This document shows positions 22,597-30,583 of a DNA stretch of 32,000 nucleotides, in pieces. A program made the position numbers and the translations under genes. A model generated the notes under the pieces. The model searched no databases, was not told where the DNA came from, and saw only the letters and a program-made list of their open reading frames with translations. Position 1 is the stretch's first letter. Each line of letters opens with the position of its first letter. Where the stretch lies: the NCBI GenBank assembly GCA_024277355.1, contig JAJRVL010000009.1, positions 27,580 through 59,579 on the forward strand, written 5' to 3'. The DNA is from an archaeon (GTDB taxonomy: Archaea > Iainarchaeota > Iainarchaeia > Iainarchaeales > 1-14-0-10-31-34).

Positions 22597-25410
22597 TTAT
22601 TTGCTTTTTGTAGTTTCTTTTTCCAAACCATTGCATAAAGCCACAATTTCTTTTAATTCAGAATCATTAAACAATGGCTTTGGAGCCTTTCCAATATTAG
22701 TAAAAGGTTCAGCAAACAAATCAGAATACTCAATATGATCCTTTTTAGCAAAAACCGTTTGAAGAGTTCGCATAAACAACAATTTATTTGAATTCAATTC
22801 AATCTGCTTTTCAACCATAAACTTCCTAAAAGCTTCAGCAACCATTTTTTCAGAATCAGGAAACTCATACAACCCCAAAACATTCTTAATGAATTCAACT
22901 AAAGCACCATTACTTTGACGATAAGCTTTCTGCAAAACTTCTTCAGTAATATACAATTCAGGGCTATTAAGGATTTCCTCAAGCTTAACCAAATCTTTTT
23001 CATCTAATACTTCATTTTTTTTAATTTTCTTAATTGTAGGGTGAGTTTCAGCTAACTCTTTAATTCTCTTTTCAACTAAATCCTTATACTCTTTAACATA
23101 AATTTCTTTTCCTTCAGGACCAAACTCAATTTTTTCTCTTGATTCAGCTTCAACAACATCATCCATGTCAATAACAATTGGTTCTCTTGGATTCTTTCTC
23201 TTTAACTTCATTAATTCAGCAAACGCTTCTTGTAACTTAAAAGCATCAGAAACAGAAACCTTCTCCCAAAAATCTTTTCTTTTAGCTTTATTCAAAAAAG
23301 TTTCTTTATCTTTTACTTTCTTTAAAGTAACAGGCAAACACTGCAAATCAAAACCAATTCTCTCCTGCAATCTTTCCAATTTCTTTTTATCTTTCTCTAA
23401 AACAGCTAACTTTAATTGCTCTGTCTTCAAAATAAAAGAATAAACATCATAATTAACATCAGTCTTAAACTTCATCAAAGGAGAAATTTTCTTCATTAAA
23501 AAATCAAAATGTTTTAATCCAACCTGACTCCAAAAATCTTTATGCAAAGCTTTCTCTATGTTTTCAGTATGCTCTCTAATAGAAATAGAATCCATCGGCA
23601 AAGATTTAATTTCTTTATAAATTTCACTCCTAACTATTTCAACTTCTTCCTTCATTCCGTTCTTTTCAAATAACTCCAACAAATTCAGCTTTAACTTAAA
23701 TATTTTAACTGGCAAAGCCTCACTTGCCTTTGATTCCCTTCCTTCAGGTTCAACTTTAAACCGCTTAAAATTACCCCAAAAATCCAAAATCTTAAAATAC
23801 TCTTTATTCATTTGCTTACATAAAACATTATCGCTACCACAATCAGGAGAACACTTTCTTGTACCACGACCAATCATCTGCCAAAACCTAATCTTAGAAA
23901 AAATTGGTTTAGCAAAAACAAGATTTTGAATAGGCTCAACATCCACGCCAGTAGAAAGCATATCAACAGTAATGGCAATTCTAGGCCACTTCTCATACTC
24001 AAATTCTTTCAATAATTCATCTCTTCTTTCAATCTGATAATCAATAATTTGAGCTAACTTCCCTTTATACTGGGGATAAAGTTTATTGAAAGCCTCCCAA
24101 ATTCTTTTAGCATGAACATGAGTTAAAGCAAAAACAATAGTCTTGCCAGGCAAAGTTCCAGTTTCATCATATTCAGCTTCAGCCATAAACTCTCTAACTA
24201 AAGCTTCATTAGTGCCAACAGGGGCAACCTCTTTTTCAATCTTTGAACCATCCCAATTTAAATCATCCAAAGTCAAACCTTCTTCTAACAAACGCTTTCT
24301 TTCACTTGCAGGAATATCTTCAGAAGTAATACCTTTAACTTGAAAATGAGTTTGAGCATTATAAACTTCAAATGGAATCAAATGTCCTTCTTCAACTGCT
24401 GGCCAATATTCATACAAAAAAGTTGGAACACCAAACTCACACTCAAAAAACCTAAAAGTATCTCTATCAACTAAATCAGCAGGAGTAGCTGTTAAGCCAA
24501 CTTGAATAGAATCAAAATAAGTGAAAATTTCCTTAAACTTATTAAAAATACTTCTATGGGATTCATCAGAAATAATTAAATCAAAATAACCAGGAGAAAT
24601 ACTTTGATAACAAGAAATCAAAGTCTGCAAAGTAGAAACATATAATCGAGCAGACTTATCAATTTCTCCAGAGAAAATAGTTGAGCGAGATTCCTCAGGC
24701 AAAAACTTCTTGAAACCTTTATTTAAAGCTTGATCCCTTAAAGCCCTTCTATCAGTCAAAAACAAAACCTTCTTAATCCAATGAGCCTTCAAAAGAACAT
24801 CAATCAAAGCCACAGAAGTTCGAGTTTTACCAGTGCCAGTGGCCATAACTAACAAAAACTTTTTTTTACCTTGTTCCAATCCTTCAAGAATTCTTTTAAC
24901 TGCTTCAATCTGATAAGGCCTATCAATAATATCTTGCCTAATCTCCATTACAGACAATGGTTTCTTATTTTCATTCAAAAACCTAACTTTCTCTAAATCA
25001 TCTTGAGAATAAAAACCCCTAATCTGCTTTGGAACGCCATCAACTTTATTCCAAAACCAAATTTCAACCCCGTTAGTTAAAAAAATAAAAACAGGTTTTC
25101 TAGTTTGCTTTTCAATGTCATCAGCATAATCTTGAGCTTGTTTTTGACCAACAATAGGATCTCTAGAAAATTTTTTGGCTTCAATAACTGCAAGTGGATT
25201 ATTTTGTTTATCTAAAAGAAGATAATCTGCAAATTGACTTTCTTCTTTATTATTCCAAGTATCTTTATTGATTTTATAATCTTGAACTTTAAAATTAGAT
25301 TGTTTAGTATCAACTTCTTCAATAATCATTGAATTATCAAATTTCCAACCTTGTTCTTTAAGAGCTACATCAATTTTTTCCTTTCTAGTTCTAAACTCGT
25401 TTAAATCCAT
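22597..25410 (-). CDS. hsdR: type I restriction enzyme R subunit HsdR (nuclease + SF2 helicase/translocase)
   Basis: N-terminal PD-(D/E)XK ADYLLLDKQNNPLAVIEAKK. Helicase motif I LVMATGTGKTRT, motif II IISDESHRS, motif III GLTATP, motif VI QMIGRGTR. Long helical C-terminal region. Confidence 0.9.
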   Translation of the reverse strand: MDLNEFRTRKEKIDVALKEQGWKFDNSMIIEEVDTKQSNFKVQDYKINKDTWNNKEESQFADYLLLDKQNNPLAVIEAKKFSRDPIVGQKQAQDYADDIEKQTRKPVFIFLTNGVEIWFWNKVDGVPKQIRGFYSQDDLEKVRFLNENKKPLSVMEIRQDIIDRPYQIEAVKRILEGLEQGKKKFLLVMATGTGKTRTSVALIDVLLKAHWIKKVLFLTDRRALRDQALNKGFKKFLPEESRSTIFSGEIDKSARLYVSTLQTLISCYQSISPGYFDLIISDESHRSIFNKFKEIFTYFDSIQVGLTATPADLVDRDTFRFFECEFGVPTFLYEYWPAVEEGHLIPFEVYNAQTHFQVKGITSEDIPASERKRLLEEGLTLDDLNWDGSKIEKEVAPVGTNEALVREFMAEAEYDETGTLPGKTIVFALTHVHAKRIWEAFNKLYPQYKGKLAQIIDYQIERRDELLKEFEYEKWPRIAITVDMLSTGVDVEPIQNLVFAKPIFSKIRFWQMIGRGTRKCSPDCGSDNVLCKQMNKEYFKILDFWGNFKRFKVEPEGRESKASEALPVKIFKLKLNLLELFEKNGMKEEVEIVRSEIYKEIKSLPMDSISIREHTENIEKALHKDFWSQVGLKHFDFLMKKISPLMKFKTDVNYDVYSFILKTEQLKLAVLEKDKKKLERLQERIGFDLQCLPVTLKKVKDKETFLNKAKRKDFWEKVSVSDAFKLQEAFAELMKLKRKNPREPIVIDMDDVVEAESREKIEFGPEGKEIYVKEYKDLVEKRIKELAETHPTIKKIKKNEVLDEKDLVKLEEILNSPELYITEEVLQKAYRQSNGALVEFIKNVLGLYEFPDSEKMVAEAFRKFMVEKQIELNSNKLLFMRTLQTVFAKKDHIEYSDLFAEPFTNIGKAPKPLFNDSELKEIVALCNGLEKETTKSK

Positions 25411-25497
25411 GCTTTATTTTATGTTAAAACCATTATTTTATTGTTTTGCATACAAAAAATGTATATAGTTTAATGCTTAAACAAATAAAAAATAGTT

Positions 25498-25893
25498 ATG
25501 GATTACCTGAAGAGAAAAAATATTCCTGCAAAAATACAACTTGAAGTTTGGAATAGAGATAACTGGCATTGCCGTTACTGTGACAAACCAATTTTTTATA
25601 CTCTTTCATTAAAAATTCTTGATAAAATAAATCCAAAACATTCTTACTTTCATCCAAACGGTAAAACTGGAGAAATACTGCCTTTATTTATTTATTCTTG
25701 GGCAAGTGTTGACCATGTTAAACCATTCTCAAAACAAGGATCTGACGAAAAAGAGAACTATGTTTCTGCCTGTTGGGAATGCAATATGAAATATGGAAAC
25801 ATGGAAGTTGGACAAGGAAAGCCAGAACCAAAAGGAATAATTGAGAGTAATTGGGATGGGTTTTATGGATTGTATTTTAAATTGAAAAAATAA
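25498..25893 (+). CDS. HNH endonuclease-domain protein (131 aa)
   Basis: CRYCDKPI ... DHVKPFSKQGSDEKENYVSACWECNMKYGN, matching the CxxC...DH..P...N...CxxCN HNH pattern. Confidence 0.75.
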   Translation: MDYLKRKNIPAKIQLEVWNRDNWHCRYCDKPIFYTLSLKILDKINPKHSYFHPNGKTGEILPLFIYSWASVDHVKPFSKQGSDEKENYVSACWECNMKYGNMEVGQGKPEPKGIIESNWDGFYGLYFKLKK

Positions 25894-25925
25894 ATTTATT
25901 GATAATAAAGAAATCTTAAAATATG

Positions 25926-27140
25926 CTAAAAAACATTTTTGAAAATCTTAATATTCTCTCTATTTTTCAATATGATTTTTATTAAAGTTTTCATTTCTAA
26001 CCTTGTTTTTTCCTCTTTTTCTTCATAATGCAAAAACAATCTCTGAGTTTCTTTTTTATTAAAAGGATTGATTTGAGTTTTAGTTTTGCATAAAACCTCT
26101 TTTTTGTTGTATGCGATTATTCTATTGCCTATGATTTCGTCTTTAACATAATATATGGGAATTTCTTTCTTATTTAATTCCAACACAAACATGTTTTTTT
26201 CATTACTCCAATTTACTAAATAATCTTTAGCTCTTTCTATTATTCCATTTTTTACAACGTTTGATGTTAAAATTACTATGTTTTCTTCATTTGCCTCTGT
26301 CTTTAGAAGCCTTTTTAAGTAGTCTAAAAAATCTTTTGCTTTCATTTTGTTTTTATAATCAGATGCTTTGATGTCTTTAATTATGCTTTGAGTCAAATAT
26401 TCTATTTCTCCTCTTGCAATAAAGAACCCATCACTATCTAAACCAACAAGAGTTGGTTCAGAAGGGTCAAAAAATTCAGCATCTATCTTAATTGCTTTTC
26501 CAATTTGCGTGAATTCGCCGTCTGTTTCTTTAACTAAAGAATGAGTGGTTATTTTTGGCAAAATTTCAGATTCTTTAAATCTATAGTTTATAGCTCTAAG
26601 ATTTTTTTCTATGACTAATTCTCTTTTCAAGCTCTTTGACTCTATATCTATATAATTTATTCCTAAATCTGTAATAGTGTAAGTATTTTGAAACATATTT
26701 TTTGAAATGTATCCTTGTCTTCTAAGTTTATCAATCGTTGGCATAATATCTACCTTCTTAATTTTCAAGTTTGGAAATAATTTTTTTAAATCTAGTTGGA
26801 AACCAGTTAATCCTTTACTATTTCTTAAAAATATTTTTAATATTTCTAATTCTACCTCTTTTAGTTCACTTCCTTCTGACTCAACATTCCAACCCATTTT
26901 TTCTTCAATTGCAGTAAGCTTGGAATTCAAATATAGAAACACTATAATCTCTATGAAAAAAATAATCTCAATAATGATTGGAATTTTTTCTTTAAATGTA
27001 GGATCTTCATTGTTTGGGACATAACCAAAGTAATACCCTACTAAAGATAGAATAATGGCGGATAATAATCCAATTGCAAGTTGTAAGATTGAAATAAATC
27101 TTTTATGTCTTAGTTCTCCTGCTTTAATTTTAGTTTCCAT
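25926..27140 (-). CDS. membrane-anchored protein with a winged-helix-like domain and an unknown C-terminal domain
   Basis: Two N-terminal TM helices (FISILQLAIGLLSAIILSLVGYYFG; IPIIIEIIFFIEIIVFLYL). wHTH-like ILKIFLRNSKGLTGFQL...IDKLRRQGYISKN...YTITDLG. The track start at 27149 is TTG; the ATG at 27140 lies 5 nt after the upstream miniprotein's stop. Confidence 0.55.
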   Translation of the reverse strand: METKIKAGELRHKRFISILQLAIGLLSAIILSLVGYYFGYVPNNEDPTFKEKIPIIIEIIFFIEIIVFLYLNSKLTAIEEKMGWNVESEGSELKEVELEILKIFLRNSKGLTGFQLDLKKLFPNLKIKKVDIMPTIDKLRRQGYISKNMFQNTYTITDLGINYIDIESKSLKRELVIEKNLRAINYRFKESEILPKITTHSLVKETDGEFTQIGKAIKIDAEFFDPSEPTLVGLDSDGFFIARGEIEYLTQSIIKDIKASDYKNKMKAKDFLDYLKRLLKTEANEENIVILTSNVVKNGIIERAKDYLVNWSNEKNMFVLELNKKEIPIYYVKDEIIGNRIIAYNKKEVLCKTKTQINPFNKKETQRLFLHYEEKEEKTRLEMKTLIKIILKNRENIKIFKNVF

Positions 27141-27145
27141 ATTTC

Positions 27146-27325
27146 TCAACTATAAAATAAATTAACTGCAAATCCAATTAGCATTATAATTAATCCGTAA
27201 AGACCGTATCCGTTGAAATTTGTTAAAAATATTATCCCTCCTCCGAGAACTAATATAAAACCTAAACTTCTAGAATCAGCTTTTGAAATTCCAAGGAGCC
27301 CCCTGCCTATTCCAAATAAACTCAT
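27146..27325 (-). CDS. 59-aa two-TM membrane miniprotein (below the ORF-track cutoff)
   Basis: Hand translation: MSLFGIGRGLLGISKADSRSLGFILVLGGGIIFLTNFNGYGLYGLIIMLIGFAVNLFYS. Gly-rich hydrophobic segments. It is tightly coupled to the downstream gene. Confidence 0.45.
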   Translation of the reverse strand: MSLFGIGRGLLGISKADSRSLGFILVLGGGIIFLTNFNGYGLYGLIIMLIGFAVNLFYS

Positions 27326-27747
27326 AATTATTACCTATTAACATGTCATTAAATGTTTTTTGTTAAAGAAAATTAGTATTTTTTGTTTATTTTCCATCCC
27401 CGCTTTTCCCCTTAAACTGTTCCAGAAATCCTGGCATTTCTTTGTAGAGCTAGGTTTTGAAAACATTATTCAATTTTTATTTTAGGTTTAAACCTTTATT
27501 TCATTCTTTTGGTTTTTAGAGTCAGATATTTATTTGAAAGACTGTTTTTGTTTTGGTTGAATTCAATTAATATTTACTAAACTTTAAGTGTATTTAAGGA
27601 ATAGTTGGACTAAAGTTTAATTTGAGTTAAGGAATAGTAAGGTTTATATAAATGTTTGCAGAGGGATTGCAGGAAAAAGCATAAGAAGCTTTATACAAAA
27701 ATACAAAACTGTAAAATAAAAACAATAAATGTTTACAAACTAAAAAA

Positions 27748-28188
27748 TTAAAATCCTATTTTATTTTTAATAACCCGCATAACATTTGAATACTTATCAA
27801 AATTTCTATATCCGGCATACAAGAATATTCCTGCAACTATTCCAGTAGTAAGCAGAGGATAGCCTTCTGCAAGTTCTGGTTGAATTAAATGCGCATTTAT
27901 TAGCATTGCAAATGCGCCTAAACCCAAAAGTAAATAGATTCCACCTAAAAATAATTTAACATAACTTTTTATTCTTCCTTTACTAACAAAATCAGCCCAA
28001 ACAAACAATCCTAAAAAACCTATTAAACTCCACATTTCAAGTTCAACATTATTTGTAGTTTGTTTTATTATTTGTGAAATCGCATAAGCTAAAAAAAGAT
28101 ACCAAAAAAATTTAATTGTAAGTACATAAACTTTTTTTTGTCTTCTTACATAATCTTCTCGAGGTTCAGTAATTATATGGACTGGCAT
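27748..28188 (-). CDS. hypothetical integral membrane protein (146 aa, about 4 TM)
   Basis: ORF with four hydrophobic stretches and no recognisable motif. Confidence 0.5.
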   Translation of the reverse strand: MPVHIITEPREDYVRRQKKVYVLTIKFFWYLFLAYAISQIIKQTTNNVELEMWSLIGFLGLFVWADFVSKGRIKSYVKLFLGGIYLLLGLGAFAMLINAHLIQPELAEGYPLLTTGIVAGIFLYAGYRNFDKYSNVMRVIKNKIGF

Positions 28189-28249
28189 AAAACTCCCTTA
28201 AAAACATTATATTTTTGTATACAAACTTTTATTTACAGTTTTCGGTTTT

Positions 28250-28258
28250 AAAAAAAAA
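28250..28258 (-). terminator. oligo-T (T9 on minus strand) 3 nt downstream of tRNA-Glu
   Basis: A9 on the + strand directly after the tRNA 3' end. Confidence 0.55.
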
Positions 28259-28261
28259 GAG

Positions 28262-28336
28262 TGCTCCGACCGGGATTCGAACCCGGGTCTACGGCTTGAA
28301 AGGCCATTATGCTTGGCCGGGCTACACTATCGGAGC
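28262..28336 (-). tRNA. tRNA-Glu (anticodon UUC)
   Basis: Minus strand: GCTCCGA TA GTGT AGCCCGGCCAA GCAT A ATGGC CTTTCAA GCCGT AGAC CCGGG TTCGAAT CCCGG TCGGAGC A. Full cloverleaf with TTC in the anticodon loop. No encoded CCA. Confidence 0.92.
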
Positions 28337-28436
28337 ATCTCAACTGAAAACGATCAACTGGTAGTTGGACATGGAAAAATCCATGACAGCGCCACTTTAT
28401 GTGGTGCACCGTTTCACCCGCACGGAAGCGGGTAAT
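28337..28436. ncRNA. GC-rich structured ~100-nt element of unknown identity flanking tRNA-Glu (strand unresolved)
   Basis: Four consecutive hairpins in an otherwise AT-rich spacer: 28355-28367 (CAACT/AGTTG), 28370-28385 (CATGGA/TCCATG), 28390-28406 (CGCCAC/GTGGTG) and 28417-28432 (CCCGC/GCGGG). It shares a motif with the 23S trailer (see findings). Confidence 0.25.
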
Positions 28437-28563
28437 TAAATAAGCTTTTTAATGCTTTTAGTTGAATTAATATTATAGTTTAATAGCATTAAAAAAATAA
28501 TTTAATCAGTTATTAATTTTAATATACTATTGTTTTTAAATTTAATGAAAAAAGGTGGACAAA

Positions 28564-28731
28564 ATGGCTAGATTTAAAGAAGCAGACGCAAGAATATTTG
28601 CAAATGTATGGATTTGCATGAGATGCAATGCAAAAATAAGAGCAACAACAGGAAAAAAACCAAGTAAATGCAGAAAATGTAATTCAAAAGGATTAAGATT
28701 AAAGAAAAAAGCATTAAAGAAAACTGGATAA
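28564..28731 (+). CDS. rpl40e: ribosomal protein L40e (55 aa; below the ORF-track cutoff)
   Basis: Hand translation: [55 protein letters not shown]. This matches the archaeal L40e pattern MARFxEAxxRIF...ICMRC...CRKCG.KxLRxK. AGGTGGA lies 4 nt upstream of the ATG. Confidence 0.85.
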   Translation: MARFKEADARIFANVWICMRCNAKIRATTGKKPSKCRKCNSKGLRLKKKALKKTG

Positions 28732-28745
28732 TAAAACTTGGTAAA

Positions 28746-29567
28746 ATGAATTTAACTGAATTCATAAAAATAATTCGGTCAATTGACTGTGTTATTGCAT
28801 CTTTAGGTGTATTTATTGGATTTAGTTTATCTATTCAGGGAATAAGTTTTCCTTTACAATTATTTTATGCAATGTTAACTGTATTTTTTGTTTGTGCAGG
28901 CGGACAAACAATAAATGATTATTTTGATTTTAACATAGATAAAAAAACAAACAAAAACAAACCATTAATTAAAGGAACAATAACAAAAAAACAAGCATTA
29001 ATTTATTCCTTAATTTTGTTTGCAATTGGAATTTTATTTTCTTTTTTAATCAGCCAGTTAGCTGTAATAACCGCAGTATTTTTTGCTTTACTTTTAGTTA
29101 GTTATTCTGCTTTAATGAAAAAAATAAAGTATTTTGGAAATTTTGTTGTATCATTTAGTGTAGCTTTTACAATTTTATTTGGAGCAATAATTTCAATGAA
29201 TTTTTTTCTTCCGTTAATATTATTTTTTTCTGCGTTTTTTGCTAATACTGCAAGAGAAATAATAAAAGATTTAGAAGACTTAAAAACAGAACAAGGAATC
29301 AAAATTACTTTACCTCAATTAATTCCAATTAACATAGTTTTTGTTTTAGTAATTTTATTTTATGTTTTGTCAATTTTAATTGGATTTTATCCTTTAATTA
29401 AAGGAATATTTAATTCAATTTTATATATTGTAATAATGGTTATTGCAGTAATTTTTTTTGGTTTAAGTTCAAAAGAAATGTTAAATAAAAATTATTTTGT
29501 TTCACAAAAATATTCAAAAATAGGAATGCTTGCAGGTTTACTGGCTTTTTTGTTTGGAGTAATTTAA
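28746..29567 (+). CDS. UbiA-family prenyltransferase, digeranylgeranylglyceryl-phosphate synthase-like
   Basis: Polytopic membrane protein with both Asp-rich motifs: NDYFDFNIDK (NDxxDxxxD) and IKDLEDLKTEQGIKITLP (KDxxDxxxDxxxG..TLP). Confidence 0.75.
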   Translation: MNLTEFIKIIRSIDCVIASLGVFIGFSLSIQGISFPLQLFYAMLTVFFVCAGGQTINDYFDFNIDKKTNKNKPLIKGTITKKQALIYSLILFAIGILFSFLISQLAVITAVFFALLLVSYSALMKKIKYFGNFVVSFSVAFTILFGAIISMNFFLPLILFFSAFFANTAREIIKDLEDLKTEQGIKITLPQLIPINIVFVLVILFYVLSILIGFYPLIKGIFNSILYIVIMVIAVIFFGLSSKEMLNKNYFVSQKYSKIGMLAGLLAFLFGVI

Positions 29568-29579
29568 AGGAGAAAAAAA

Positions 29580-30518
29580 ATGAGAGAATTATTGTTAATG
29601 AAAACAATTTCTTTTTTAAAAAACTCTGGTTTTGAAGTAAACACTTTTTTTAATTCAAATTCTTGTTTTGATTTAATAGCAAAAAAAACAGATTTAAAAT
29701 TAGTGCTAAAAGTTTACTCTAATATTGATGGTTTTAGAAAAGAACAGGCAGAAGAACTCCAAAAAATAGCTAATGTATTTAATGCAGTAGTAGTAATTAT
29801 AGGCGAAAAAACTAAAGCATTTACATTAAAAAAAGGAGTTGTATATGAAAGATATTCAATTCCTGCAATGAATTATTTAACTTTTGTTTCAGTTTTTGAT
29901 ACAGCAGTTCCTTCAATTAAATCATTTAAAGGAAAAACAATAGTTGAATTAGAAACAGAAAAACTAAAAGAAAAAAGAGAAGAATTAGAGTTAACTTTAA
30001 ATGAATTAGCAAAAAAAACAGGCATAACAAAAGAATCATTATATCGATTAGAACATGGATTTAATACAAGCATTGAAACAGCAAAAAAACTAGAAAAATT
30101 ACTTAAAGCAGATTTAATTATAGAAAAAAATTTATTGGAAGATTTTATTGCTAAAATGCCTGAAAAAACTTTTGATAAAGAATTTGATGACAGTTCATTA
30201 GAAAAAATTCATTCATTAGGATTAGATTTAATTGAATTCAAGCACGCGCCATTTAAGGCTTTTGGAACAAAAAAAGAATTTTTGTTAATTGACAGAGGAA
30301 AAGAAAAAACAGAAATAAAAAAGAAAGCTTTAGTGTTAGAAAAAACTAAAGCAGTATTTGAAGCGCATGCATTAATTATAACAAAAAAATTTAGTTTAAA
30401 TCAAATTGCTTCAACTTCCATTATAGAAGAACAGGAATTAGATTCTTATTCAAAAATAAATGAATTAATGAAAGAAATAAAAAAAAGAGAAAAACCAAAA
30501 AAACAAAAAGAAAATTAA
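29580..30518 (+). CDS. archaeal COG1395-type transcriptional regulator (central XRE-type HTH)
   Basis: About 310 aa with the HTH LTLNELAKKTGITKESLYRLEHGFNTSIETAKKLEKLL. The size and the N- and C-terminal flanking domains are typical of this archaea-specific family. Confidence 0.65.
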   Translation: MRELLLMKTISFLKNSGFEVNTFFNSNSCFDLIAKKTDLKLVLKVYSNIDGFRKEQAEELQKIANVFNAVVVIIGEKTKAFTLKKGVVYERYSIPAMNYLTFVSVFDTAVPSIKSFKGKTIVELETEKLKEKREELELTLNELAKKTGITKESLYRLEHGFNTSIETAKKLEKLLKADLIIEKNLLEDFIAKMPEKTFDKEFDDSSLEKIHSLGLDLIEFKHAPFKAFGTKKEFLLIDRGKEKTEIKKKALVLEKTKAVFEAHALIITKKFSLNQIASTSIIEEQELDSYSKINELMKEIKKREKPKKQKEN

Positions 30519-30583
30519 CTGTTTTTTCAATTAACTTTTTAAATTGTTAGCAACTAAATTATTATTGATTTAAATGAAATACA

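Noticed and set aside
9671-24343. Short ORFs antisense to long genes: 9671-9853, 10025-10243, 10380-10577, 11186-11443, 11849-12076, 13069-13275, 13528-13716, 13764-13964, 16839-17030, 17730-17918, 18357-18632, 20385-20636, 21225-21491, 21717-21908, 22538-22738, 23165-23443, 24143-24343. The same applies to 26707-27024, 29102-29302, 29873-30073 and 31180-31446.
   Set aside because: Each is embedded opposite a longer gene with recognisable motifs. Their Phe/Leu/Ile/Ser-rich composition is what one expects from reading Lys/Glu/Asn-rich genes backwards.
25450-25464. ATACA-N5-TGTAT inverted repeat in the hsdR/HNH divergent promoter region
   Set aside because: A 5-bp A/T-rich inverted repeat is expected by chance in DNA of this composition.
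27748-28336. tRNA-Glu as the attachment site of an integrated element spanning the defence island
   Set aside because: I found no integrase or recombinase gene and no duplicated copy of the tRNA 3' segment elsewhere in the window. The similarity to tRNA-Ala is limited to the generic T-arm (GGGATTCGAACCC).
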